Of a stretch of 64,000 nucleotides of DNA, positions 37,617-45,599 are shown in pieces (positions within the stretch are counted from its first letter, which is position 1; each line of letters starts with the position of its first letter). Origin of the DNA: Candidatus Moraniibacteriota bacterium (GTDB taxonomy: Bacteria; Patescibacteriota; Minisyncoccia; Moranbacterales; UBA1568); assembly GCA_018499985.2 (NCBI GenBank), contig JAHBAT020000005.1, positions 15,805 to 79,804 on the forward strand, read 5' to 3'. Made by a program: the position numbers and the translations under genes. Below the pieces are notes generated by a model. That model did not search any database. It had not been told where the DNA came from and was given only the letters and a program-made list of their open reading frames with translations.

Positions 37617-38069
37617 TTAGCCGGCGGTTACCAAAGCGTTCGACATGGCCTCGACCACCGGATCTTCATCCGAACAGGTGAGCGGGTAGAAAACACCCCG
37701 CTTCTTCTGGCCTGCGGCCCGGAACTTGATGGTATTGTCGACCTTCTGCAAAGCGCAGAGGTGGTGCAGAAATTCCATGGTCCGAAGCGGGCCCGAAACC
37801 GTGGTGCCGCACGCAAGCGTTTCCTGGATATCCCTTGCCCCCTGATAGCGAGTGCCCTCGGCCTTGGCCCGAAGAGCCTCGGCAGCGGACGGTGACAGAT
37901 TCCAGAACAGCACCCTCTGTTCACCAGGCTTCCTCGCGGCCAATGCCGGAGATTTCGTTTCCCCCTCGGAAACACTCTGCCCCACAGCGGCCTGCGGTGT
38001 ACGGCGCGGATCATTGTGACCACGACCACGACCGGGCTGCTGGATTTTGACTGCTGCGTTTGAACGCAT
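37617..38069 (-). CDS. hypothetical protein with basic disordered N-terminus (cassette 3, X3)
   Basis: 150 aa from ATG 38069 (MRSNAAVKIQQPGRGRGHNDPRR...). The alternative-frame ORF 37628-38077 is Arg-rich junk. Confidence 0.5.
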   Translation of the reverse strand: MRSNAAVKIQQPGRGRGHNDPRRTPQAAVGQSVSEGETKSPALAARKPGEQRVLFWNLSPSAAEALRAKAEGTRYQGARDIQETLACGTTVSGPLRTMEFLHHLCALQKVDNTIKFRAAGQKKRGVFYPLTCSDEDPVVEAMSNALVTAG

Positions 38070-38122
38070 GAGCACAATTCCTTTCTTTTTCAAAAGCACA
38101 CCTCATTAGGATGTACCCCAAA

Positions 38123-38151
38123 AGCGTACTCCTTGGCCTTTCTTTCGTCAA
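38123..38151 (-). promoter_or_regulatory. promoter candidate for X3
   Basis: Minus strand TTGACG (38151-38146), 17-nt spacer, TACGCT (38128-38123). Confidence 0.4.
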
Positions 38152-38259
38152 CCCCGTACCGTACCAAAACCATCTTTCTTATATAAAGAACAATTTCTAA
38201 GCCGTTAGGCGGCTATGCCTGAAACTTCAGTTTCAATACATTCATTGTCGATGGTACTA

Positions 38260-38279
38260 GGGTCAAGACCAATTGACCC
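38260..38279. promoter_or_regulatory. inverted repeat GGGTCAA-N6-TTGACCC in the divergent X3/A control region
   Basis: 7-nt arms at 38260-38266 and 38273-38279. The right arm is the -35 box of the A promoter. Confidence 0.35.
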
Positions 38280-38301
38280 TCTTCTGTCTTTTTGATAGTA
38301 T
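38273..38301 (+). promoter_or_regulatory. sigma70-type promoter for paralog A
   Basis: TTGACC (38273-38278), 17-nt spacer, TAGTAT (38296-38301) preceded by TGa. AAGGAG RBS before ATG 38345. Confidence 0.5.
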
Positions 38302-38344
38302 GAGAATTCCTCAGTTCTTTCCACCCAAACCCAAGGAGCTAGTC

Positions 38345-38863
38345 ATGCCTAAGCGCCATCGCTACCTCCTCTCGGGGGTAGGTATTATCATGTCTCTCTA
38401 CATTGCTATTCTTGTGGGACTCTCTCTTCAGGGGCTACACCGGCCACTGATCTTCTGGGAAAAGACTCGTCTTACCTGGGGAGAAACACGTATCGAAAGT
38501 ATCGAAAATGAGCTCATGCGTCGCTCGCCGGCGCTCAGGGATAATTTTCAACGCTTTCGTACTTGCATCCGTACACCGGCCTGTAAAGACCGTGTTGATC
38601 CCATCCTTCAAGAGCGCAATATACTGGTTGCTCGTGTCTGGCCTGATGTTTTCAATCGTCTCAGTATCGATAACGACTGGGGCGAAGGACAACTGACGAT
38701 ACCTATTCACGAAGACTTCCTTCGTTACCAAAGGACCTATGGAAATCGTATGCCGCGGGAATGCCTCCCAACGCTCGAATACTGGCAAAATTCTGATGGA
38801 CACATCGTCTATCAGCTCCGCTACCAGAGGCCTTTCACCTGCCCGCCTCCTCGGCAACACTGA
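38345..38863 (+). CDS. membrane-anchored four-Cys protein, paralog A (cassette 3)
   Basis: 172 aa from ATG 38345. N-terminal TM (LLSGVGIIMSLYIAILVGLSL). Shares WPxVFxRL...DWG...YG...C.P...C..PP.RQ with the 58935 gene. Confidence 0.65.
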   Translation: MPKRHRYLLSGVGIIMSLYIAILVGLSLQGLHRPLIFWEKTRLTWGETRIESIENELMRRSPALRDNFQRFRTCIRTPACKDRVDPILQERNILVARVWPDVFNRLSIDNDWGEGQLTIPIHEDFLRYQRTYGNRMPRECLPTLEYWQNSDGHIVYQLRYQRPFTCPPPRQH

Positions 38864-38880
38864 GGAGGCGGCATTTTTAT
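38843..38880 (+). terminator. intrinsic terminator of paralog A
   Basis: CCGCCTCCTC (38843-38852) pairs with GAGGAGGCGG (38862-38871), followed by a T-run at 38874-38878. It overlaps the stop codon. Confidence 0.55.
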
Positions 38881-38883
38881 TTG

Positions 38884-38892
38884 TGCTATAAT
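38884..38892 (+). promoter_or_regulatory. orphan extended -10 promoter (TGcTATAAT)
   Basis: TG at 38884-38885 and TATAAT at 38887-38892. There is no convincing CDS downstream before the convergent helicase gene. Confidence 0.4.
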
Positions 38893-38898
38893 AGATAC

Positions 38899-39045
38899 GA
38901 AAGCCTTCAGAAAGGTAAGCGAAGGAGCTTCGGCTCCCCAATTGGGACCCACCTGTTTATTACGGGGAAAAAAGTAAATTTTTTTCCGATACTTACTTCC
39001 AGGGACCCAGACCCGTTTGCCCGCATTGAGGGCTTTTTCCTTTTT
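38899..39045 (+). ncRNA. candidate small structured RNA of unknown class
   Basis: Lies between the orphan promoter and a GCCC-N7-GGGC hairpin with a T-run (39019-39045). Contains a GGAGC-UUCG-GCUCC hairpin (38924-38937), a GGAAAAAA/UUUUUUCC hairpin (38966-38987) and the GGGACCCA 8-mer twice (38944, 39002). Confidence 0.25.
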
Positions 39046-39052
39046 ATAAAAA

Positions 39053-40387
39053 CTATTCTTTCCTCTTTTTTCCGCCAGTTATAAGGATAAAGTTATCTTC
39101 CATCTGAGCCTGCATTTCTTTGTCTCTGCCTACCAGCTGTACCTCCGCCTGCCTGGAGGCTCGTTTGAATTCTTGATCCACTGCCCGTATCTCTGGATGC
39201 ACTTGAAGTGCCTTATTGTTGATCCCAAGCAGATGAACTCCGCGAAGGCTCCGCACGCGTGAAAGCGCTACATAGCCCTGCCCATATTCAAAAGTCTTCG
39301 ATAGATCCATCACGGCAGCGTCCAAGCTTACACCCTGACTCTTGTGAATAGTCATCGCCCACGCTAGCCTCAGTGGCAGCTGAGTAATAGTAGCTAGGTC
39401 ATCATCCCCCTCTGAAAGCGTCCAGTCTACTGGGGTAGCTTGGATGATATTCCCTGTCTTGGTTTTGATAATCGGATACAATGTCTCTTCGTCAAAAGCA
39501 ATCACCGTCCCCAATGTACCGTTGACATAGCCTACGCTTGGATTGTTTTTGGTAAACATTACTACTGCCCCGATACGCAAATCGAGTTTTTCTGGTGACA
39601 AGCAGCCACGGATCAAAGCATTGGCAGCTGTCTCGCGCCCTTCTACTTCCATGATGTAGCTCTGCTCCACTCCCGGAAGACGTTTGAGTTCTGTGAGGTT
39701 CATAGCATCTACCTGAGCATTATGAGAATAGAGAATAGTCACGTCACGCGGTGCTTCTTCAAGACTGACCATCTGACCACGGATAGCCTCGTAGTGTCCG
39801 TCCTCAAAAGTATTTTGCCTGATAGCTGTAAGGATAGAGAGAAATGACTGATCTTCCTGACGATACTGTTCTTCGAGATAGCAAATAGTGGGCACGAGTC
39901 TTTCCCAGGCTTCACTCTGGAAGGCATACTCTGCCGTCTGCCCATAGCCAGTAACTGGCGGCAACTGAAAAAAGTCCCCCACCAAAACTACCTGCATCCC
40001 TCCAAATGGCATGGAAGATTTACGCACTACCCGACAGACAGTTTCCACGAGCGAAAGCACTCTCCCATCAAGCATAGAAATTTCGTCGATGATGAGCACC
40101 TGAGCCTTACGAATACGCTTGGCGACATGAGCTACTTTTGCGATATTCTTAATTCCTTTTTCATCAAGACTCTGAGCCGTGCCGATACCGCTCCATGAAT
40201 GGATAGTCATCCCTCCTACATGCGTAGCAGCGATACCGGTCGAAGCAGTCACTGCAAAAGCAATCCCATGGGCACGCAGGTACTTCACGTATTCATTGAC
40301 AGTATGCGTCTTACCAGAGCCTGCTTCTCCGGTGAGAAACACGCTTTGGCCAGCACGAAGAATTTTGAGAGCTGTCGCTTGATTCAT
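39053..40387 (-). CDS. Pif1/RecD-family ATP-dependent DNA helicase
   Basis: FLTGEAGSGKTH Walker A, TASTGIAATHVGGMTIHSW, LIIDEISML and FGGMQVVLVGDFFQLPPV motifs. Confidence 0.85.
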   Translation of the reverse strand: MNQATALKILRAGQSVFLTGEAGSGKTHTVNEYVKYLRAHGIAFAVTASTGIAATHVGGMTIHSWSGIGTAQSLDEKGIKNIAKVAHVAKRIRKAQVLIIDEISMLDGRVLSLVETVCRVVRKSSMPFGGMQVVLVGDFFQLPPVTGYGQTAEYAFQSEAWERLVPTICYLEEQYRQEDQSFLSILTAIRQNTFEDGHYEAIRGQMVSLEEAPRDVTILYSHNAQVDAMNLTELKRLPGVEQSYIMEVEGRETAANALIRGCLSPEKLDLRIGAVVMFTKNNPSVGYVNGTLGTVIAFDEETLYPIIKTKTGNIIQATPVDWTLSEGDDDLATITQLPLRLAWAMTIHKSQGVSLDAAVMDLSKTFEYGQGYVALSRVRSLRGVHLLGINNKALQVHPEIRAVDQEFKRASRQAEVQLVGRDKEMQAQMEDNFILITGGKKRKE

Positions 40388-40423
40388 GATTACATTCTAA
40401 AAATCTACTGTAGCACAATTCAT

Positions 40424-40744
40424 CTAGATAAGGCGAAAAGATATTTTTACTGTTTCATCCTTATGAATATCTTCTCGTCTTCGTACATCCTTCTTCAGCG
40501 CTAGGATGTATGGTTTATCTTTAGAGGGAAATAGTGTCGTTTTCCAGGTGGTCTTGCCTACAGTCACTTCTACCGGCACAAACCCAAATCCCACCTTCTT
40601 TGTGGCCATCATCTTTATTTCCTCTGATACCTTCTCGCCCACTGAGACAAAATACCAGCTTGTTGCTTCCACCGAATATACAAAGACTTTGGCTTTGATT
40701 TTCCACTCTTTATCTTTACTCGTGGGGTTTGTGCTGATAGCCAT
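40424..40744 (-). CDS. DUF1905-like small beta-barrel protein
   Basis: 106 aa. WYFVSVGEKVSEEI...VPVEVTVGKTTWKTTLFPSKD...LKKDVR pattern recalled as DUF1905. Confidence 0.6.
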   Translation of the reverse strand: MAISTNPTSKDKEWKIKAKVFVYSVEATSWYFVSVGEKVSEEIKMMATKKVGFGFVPVEVTVGKTTWKTTLFPSKDKPYILALKKDVRRREDIHKDETVKISFRLI

Positions 40745-40753
40745 ACTTATTGC

Positions 40754-41323
40754 TTATGTAATATCTATTTCTAAAATCTTTTCTTCAAATACATACTCTA
40801 TCTTTGTGCCAGCATATTCTCTGATAAGAGTTTCCTCGGTCGGATAGGTATGGCCATGAAACAAATAAGCTGGTGTATGGGTTTCTACATACTCGCGCAA
40901 CACTTTAAACCCCTGATGTGCCAACTCCTCCAGCTCATCGTTGATTCCATACGGTGGACAATGCGCAAGAAAAACGTCTACGCGTGGGAAGTTCTTCATC
41001 AATTCTGTGGCCTCATCTTGGGTGCACATGATAGCATCTGGATTCTCTTTATAGCGTACACATCCCTGAAAACCGCCGAACACAATTCCATCCTGCTCAT
41101 AGGTCGCAAGATGCATATTCTTTATCCCAAGTGGCTCAAAGTACATACCGGAATCATGATTCCCATACACGCCTATCTTTGGGATATGCGTAATGTCCTC
41201 AAGCTCACGGATATCTGATTGATGCAGATCTCCTAGAGTAATAATCAAGTCAATCTTTTGCTCGCTGATAATCTCTTTGATTTTTCTTTTTGGAGGTCTA
41301 TCAGCTATGGCAAGGATATGCAT
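40754..41323 (-). CDS. calcineurin-like metallophosphoesterase
   Basis: ILAIAD, LGDLH, GNHD and HGHTY metal-binding motifs. Confidence 0.75.
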   Translation of the reverse strand: MHILAIADRPPKRKIKEIISEQKIDLIITLGDLHQSDIRELEDITHIPKIGVYGNHDSGMYFEPLGIKNMHLATYEQDGIVFGGFQGCVRYKENPDAIMCTQDEATELMKNFPRVDVFLAHCPPYGINDELEELAHQGFKVLREYVETHTPAYLFHGHTYPTEETLIREYAGTKIEYVFEEKILEIDIT

Positions 41324-41349
41324 ATGAGTACTCTTTAGTGAATTTAAAT

Positions 41350-41571
41350 TTATTCAATAATTTCAAACGCTTTTTGTTTACTACTGTCACCTGACTTCAA
41401 TACCACGAGACTCTTGGCTACTCCAAAGTACTTAGCAAGAAGTTTAATCAAAGCCTGATTGGCCTTACCTTCTACAGGACTCGCCTTGACTGCCACTTTG
41501 TAGTGCGTCTTATCGATACACTCTATTTTCTCCAGCTTGGCATTGGTCTTAGCAGTCACAAAGATTCTCAT
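41350..41571 (-). CDS. DUF167/YggU-like protein
   Basis: 73 aa. VKASPVEGKANQALIKLLAKYFGV motif. 4-nt overlap with the upstream gene. Confidence 0.65.
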   Translation of the reverse strand: MRIFVTAKTNAKLEKIECIDKTHYKVAVKASPVEGKANQALIKLLAKYFGVAKSLVVLKSGDSSKQKAFEIIE

Positions 41572-43055
41572 AGACCCACTTTGGCTTTGAGGATTTTATA
41601 GAGCTCCACCATAGCTCGGGTATCAAGCTCACAATAACGAAGCAAGTTCTCTCTTGTCAGAGCACGGTACTCTGGCGTCATCTTACCAGTTACCATCTTC
41701 TCCCACTCAGAAAGGGCCATGGTACCATTTTGAATCTCAAGCGACTTATATGTAAGCTCTGGGAGCATCACCGGAAGCACGCTTTTGATAGAGAAACTGC
41801 CCCCAAAAGCTGGATCGGCATAGTACTGAGTAAAGACCTTCATGAGGTCAAAGATACGCTCGTTCATATGCATAAAAAATTCCCGAGCTTCTGGATGAAG
41901 TTCTGCGAGCTCTGCATTGCGCCCTTTCTCAAAACTCTCGTACCACACAATCACATGTCCCGTATCCCCCACTACTTCTCGAAGCATTTTGACCAGGCCT
42001 TCTGAAGCATGTTCGATATCATCAGCTAGATACTCAAAGTGCTCAAGTGTCCCGTCCTCCAAAAGCTTATGCACAGATACCTGAAAGACAATCGCCTGGT
42101 TTGGCTTATATCCCGGGAGTGGTGGCATGGGCTTAGCCAAAGTCTCATAGTCGAGAAAATAGAGTGGGAATACGAGCTTCGAAAGAGTCTCTTTGATAGC
42201 CTCATGATCAATTCTTGGTACTCCAGACTTTACTAGGTCTACCTTGGCAGCCTGGATGAGGGTCAACTTCATATCTTCAGGAATATTCTCAATTTCAAAA
42301 ATACGCTCATCTACCAATTGTGTCAGTTTCTTACCGCTCACGATATTGTGCACCGCATACTCTGGTACGTCTGGATTGAAGAAAAAAAACGTGTCACAGC
42401 GCTGCCCGGTAGTGCGATAGAGGCAAGGACAATCCTGATACGAAATTTCTTCTTTGTGAAGTAGCTCGAGAGCGGTAGTAGTTTCTGCTTTTACCTCTGG
42501 CAAAATCTCACGCACCTCCCTGGTCATGTTTTCTATGATAAAAAGCTCTGCTAGATTGAGCTCCTCTCCTCGGCGATAATCTTTGTTGATATAGATAATA
42601 TAGTTTTCTCCTACTTGCTCTTTCCCAAGTACCTCTTCTACTACTGCTACCTGAAAAGCAATGTCCTTCAGATGGTTATGCTTGAAATCACTCTTGATTT
42701 CGGTACTAGCCTTTACTTCATAGACATCCCATTTTTCCGTCTCTTGATTCCACTTCAAAATATCCACTTTGGCAAACAATCCTGCCCGAGTCTCAAACGT
42801 AGCTTGAAAAAGTGTCCCCTTGTTTTCAAGTAATTCTTTGGTCTTATCAAGTAATGATAGATTGGACCCAGTGATAGTCACTCCTTCTGGAAAAAGTTTT
42901 TGGACATAACTCTCTACTTCATCTCCATCCTTGAGAATCTTTTGCAAAAATAACGAAAACTCCCCTGCCGTATACAGCTCAGGCCTATTTTTCTTGAGCC
43001 ACAAACTCTTGTCGCACAAGAGGTACTCTTTAAATTCTGTTTTCGTCAAATTCAT
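41568..43055 (-). CDS. DUF2779-type protein: Cas4-like PD-(D/E)XK nuclease plus RNase H-like exonuclease-fold domain
   Basis: N-terminal Cys (LLCDK) plus the CPC...C cluster, VDIL...YEVK nuclease motif, and C-terminal FLDYET. Confidence 0.65.
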   Translation of the reverse strand: MNLTKTEFKEYLLCDKSLWLKKNRPELYTAGEFSLFLQKILKDGDEVESYVQKLFPEGVTITGSNLSLLDKTKELLENKGTLFQATFETRAGLFAKVDILKWNQETEKWDVYEVKASTEIKSDFKHNHLKDIAFQVAVVEEVLGKEQVGENYIIYINKDYRRGEELNLAELFIIENMTREVREILPEVKAETTTALELLHKEEISYQDCPCLYRTTGQRCDTFFFFNPDVPEYAVHNIVSGKKLTQLVDERIFEIENIPEDMKLTLIQAAKVDLVKSGVPRIDHEAIKETLSKLVFPLYFLDYETLAKPMPPLPGYKPNQAIVFQVSVHKLLEDGTLEHFEYLADDIEHASEGLVKMLREVVGDTGHVIVWYESFEKGRNAELAELHPEAREFFMHMNERIFDLMKVFTQYYADPAFGGSFSIKSVLPVMLPELTYKSLEIQNGTMALSEWEKMVTGKMTPEYRALTRENLLRYCELDTRAMVELYKILKAKVGL

Positions 43056-43060
43056 TGGCT

Positions 43061-43792
43061 TTACTTCTTTATGTAGAAATCAAGGGTATAGATCCAGTTT
43101 TCATCATCATCTTCGCCATTTTCACGACTCATGATTTTTTGATTCAATAACCAGTTGATATAGCCAGGGTCTTCATCAGCTACTACCTTGACTGCTTTAC
43201 CTATATGTTTCCCAAATGTAAATGTGCGATAGAGAAGCGGCTTACTTGATACCTCTATCATTTGTGCAAGCACTTTTTCTTCATCGCCGACGCGCTCCAT
43301 CATCATCTGAAAAAGAAAATCAAAAAGAGCTACCAATACTCGTACATCTCCCAGTGCACTATGCGCTGGCGCTTCATCGATGTTGAGATCAAAGTAATAG
43401 CGGAGATACTGCAAAGCATAGCGTGGTATCTCGTCATTTTCATCAAGAAAATAAATCACCTTAAATGTATCGATAAATTCTTTGACCACGATATCCTCTC
43501 TCCGAAGCATATCCACATCAAAACGAGCATTGTGCGCCACAAGGATATTGCCTTCTGCAAGTAGTCGCATCAGATCCATTTTCATACGACTCTCCGAAAA
43601 AGCCTCCTTGTCCTCTACCATACGATTCGTGATATGCGTTACCGACATGGCATCGATAGAAATTGGCAAGGGTGGCTTAAATAAAGCTTCATGCTCCACA
43701 TCAGCAAATGTGTAAGCCAGCTGACAAAGGCGGTCATCTGGCCCAAGGCCCGTCGTCTCGGTATCAAGGAAAATAAGGTTATTGCGAGTCAT
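43061..43792 (-). CDS. DEDDh 3'-5' exonuclease with ExoX-like C-terminal domain
   Basis: LIFLDTETTGL (Exo I), VAHNARFDVDML (Exo II), HSALGDV (Exo III) and a C-terminal FGKHIGKAV...DPGYINWLL segment. Confidence 0.8.
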   Translation of the reverse strand: MTRNNLIFLDTETTGLGPDDRLCQLAYTFADVEHEALFKPPLPISIDAMSVTHITNRMVEDKEAFSESRMKMDLMRLLAEGNILVAHNARFDVDMLRREDIVVKEFIDTFKVIYFLDENDEIPRYALQYLRYYFDLNIDEAPAHSALGDVRVLVALFDFLFQMMMERVGDEEKVLAQMIEVSSKPLLYRTFTFGKHIGKAVKVVADEDPGYINWLLNQKIMSRENGEDDDENWIYTLDFYIKK

Positions 43793-43870
43793 ATTTTTGT
43801 CTTTAGGATGCCTTTAGTATAGCATGTGACTCTAGTGCTATAATATACAGGTGGTATTTACTTCAATCCT

Positions 43871-44134
43871 ATGGAACAGATCAAATTTCCTTTTATTACT
43901 GAGCCAGAAACGCCGAAAGATCCTCCAAAAGAAGAGGTGCCCCTCGATTTAGAAGCGCTCACCCGTGAAGAACTCGAGGCTCTCTATGTCGAAAAAGTTG
44001 GCCGCAAACGCTACTTTGGTCGCACCGACGAAGAAGTCCGCGAAGCCATCCAAGATCCCGAAAAAGAACTTGACCGTCTCCGCGAAGCTGACCGTACCGA
44101 CGCCTGGGAGGATATCGGTCCTACTGGCAAATAA
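43871..44134 (+). CDS. small acidic hypothetical protein
   Basis: 87 aa. TGcTATAAT extended -10 about 30 nt upstream. Followed by a small ORF and a strong terminator on the same strand. Confidence 0.5.
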   Translation: MEQIKFPFITEPETPKDPPKEEVPLDLEALTREELEALYVEKVGRKRYFGRTDEEVREAIQDPEKELDRLREADRTDAWEDIGPTGK

Positions 44135-44148
44135 TCCCCTTCCTCTGT

Positions 44149-44283
44149 ATGCACAAAAATCTTCTCTATATCCTTCTCGTCAGTCTCATCTTTGTCATCT
44201 TGGCTATTGTCTTTTTTCCAGACAAAAAAGAAACTTCCGCCACACAAAAAAAGGAGCTTCAGCCCCTTATCGATTCCCTCTAA
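44149..44283 (+). CDS. 44-aa single-TM small protein (candidate)
   Basis: Hand-translated MHKNLLYILLVSLIFVILAIVFFPDKKETSATQKKELQPLIDSL. It sits 15 nt after the previous gene and just before the plus-strand terminator. Below the ORF-track length cutoff. Confidence 0.3.
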   Translation: MHKNLLYILLVSLIFVILAIVFFPDKKETSATQKKELQPLIDSL

Positions 44284-44579
44284 ACACCTTCGGGTGTTTT
44301 TTTGTACCACCAGCTCGGATACTCTCCAAAACGAAAACAAAGTAGATCAAAGATAGCTCCAAAAGCAATCGCCCACGGCGCAAACTGAAACAGTGTATCA
44401 AAAAGCGATACTGCCTGACTCCGGATAAAGAAAAACAAAACAATCAGTGGCAATACAAGAAGTACAGTAGCCACAAAGCCCTGACGCGAAGTCGGATAGT
44501 AGAAAGCAAACACGCCCCAAAACCTCAGCGGTCGAAACCAATATACTCTATCTTGAATGCTCTGCATTTCTTTGGACAA
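44280..44579 (-). CDS. small membrane protein
   Basis: 99 aa with three hydrophobic segments. Overlaps the upstream DUF2238 gene end. Confidence 0.45.
   Translation of the reverse strand: MSKEMQSIQDRVYWFRPLRFWGVFAFYYPTSRQGFVATVLLVLPLIVLFFFIRSQAVSLFDTLFQFAPWAIAFGAIFDLLCFRFGEYPSWWYKKTPEGV
44282..44303 (+). terminator. intrinsic terminator with UUCG loop
   Basis: AAACACC-TTCG-GGTGTTT followed by T6. It overlaps the last codons of the convergent minus-strand ORF 44280-44579. Confidence 0.6.
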
Positions 44580-45153
44580 AATAATAAACTATCACTGCTA
44601 CTATTGCGCCCAGCGTATCGGCGAGCATGTCTTTTTGGGCATCCCAGATATCTCCTTGGCTACCAAGGTAGGCTATCCCTGCCTCTGGATTAGCCAGTGC
44701 AGCATACACCCATTCAATCAATTCATAACTCATGGCGATAGTCGCAATAGTCAGCACAGGATACGTATAGAGAATCAAGCGCGATGTCGTCACCTTATTT
44801 CGCACCATCAGCTCGATAATCGCATACGCATAAAACCCGACAGAAAAGTGTGCGATACGATCATAGTGATTACGTTCAAAGCCAAAAAAATCACTAAACC
44901 AATCAAAAGGCACCAGTGCAAACGTGTAGTGACCTCCGATTGTATGGAGATAAATAAGGACAAACATGAGTACATAACCCAAAGAAGAAAAGACTATCCC
45001 CTTTCTGTAGAGACTTACTAAAAGCCCGACAATAATCCACACCGTGAGATTTTCCACCAGCCAAGTAGTCCTATCTACAGGATTGAAGGCTAGTCCGACA
45101 AAGAGTATCCCGTACAAAGATAACAGCGCTAAAAAAGTTTTTTTGGCAATCAT
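44548..45153 (-). CDS. DUF2238/YjdF-like inner membrane protein
   Basis: 201 aa polytopic. NPVDRTTWLVEN near the N-terminus and the IGGHYTFA segment are recalled from the YjdF family. Confidence 0.6.
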   Translation of the reverse strand: MIAKKTFLALLSLYGILFVGLAFNPVDRTTWLVENLTVWIIVGLLVSLYRKGIVFSSLGYVLMFVLIYLHTIGGHYTFALVPFDWFSDFFGFERNHYDRIAHFSVGFYAYAIIELMVRNKVTTSRLILYTYPVLTIATIAMSYELIEWVYAALANPEAGIAYLGSQGDIWDAQKDMLADTLGAIVAVIVYYFVQRNAEHSR

Positions 45154-45157
45154 ATGA

Positions 45158-45583
45158 TTAGCCCCAATGACTTAAGATAAAAGCGAAAGCTAGTATCGAT
45201 ACCAGCTGACAGCCTGCCACTATCCCAAAAAGCGTCAAGCGCTGTTTGCCAGAATTGATATTCCAAATAGCATTGCCAGCGGTAACTGGTACCATAAACC
45301 CAAGCCAAAGCCAGATAGCCACTTCATATGGACTAGCCCCACTCCATCCCTTGATGAAATGAGCTAAGATATAAATTTGCAAAAGCGAAAATACAAACTG
45401 CACCAAATACATCGGCATCATTTCTTTTTGCTTTTTCTGTTGTTCTTCTTTTGAATAACTCTCCCAATCCGGCCAATTATTGGCCCACATAAATGCCTTA
45501 CCAAAGAGCGGTCCGTGCCACAGGGCTCCGATAAGCATAGCCACTACTCCGGAGATAAGCACTGCCCATATATTTACTTCCAT
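45158..45583 (-). CDS. DUF1761-like membrane protein
   Basis: 141 aa. The N-terminal NIWAVLISGVVAMLIGALWHGPLFGK pattern is typical of DUF1761. Confidence 0.55.
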   Translation of the reverse strand: MEVNIWAVLISGVVAMLIGALWHGPLFGKAFMWANNWPDWESYSKEEQQKKQKEMMPMYLVQFVFSLLQIYILAHFIKGWSGASPYEVAIWLWLGFMVPVTAGNAIWNINSGKQRLTLFGIVAGCQLVSILAFAFILSHWG

Positions 45584-45599
45584 ACTCTTATTAAAAAAA

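Noticed and set aside
37628-38077. 149-aa alternative minus-strand frame over X3
   Set aside because: It is extremely Arg/Ser/Pro-rich, as expected for an off-frame in GC-rich DNA. The 37617-38069 frame is more protein-like. Confidence in X3 itself is only moderate.
38435-38941. 168-aa minus-strand ORF over paralog A
   Set aside because: The plus-strand frame is supported by paralogy to 58935-59423 and by a promoter, RBS and terminator.
38881-39084. 67-aa plus-strand ORF in the A/helicase gap
   Set aside because: It starts at a TTG inside a promoter-like sequence, has no RBS and gives a low-complexity product. I treat the region as candidate non-coding RNA instead.
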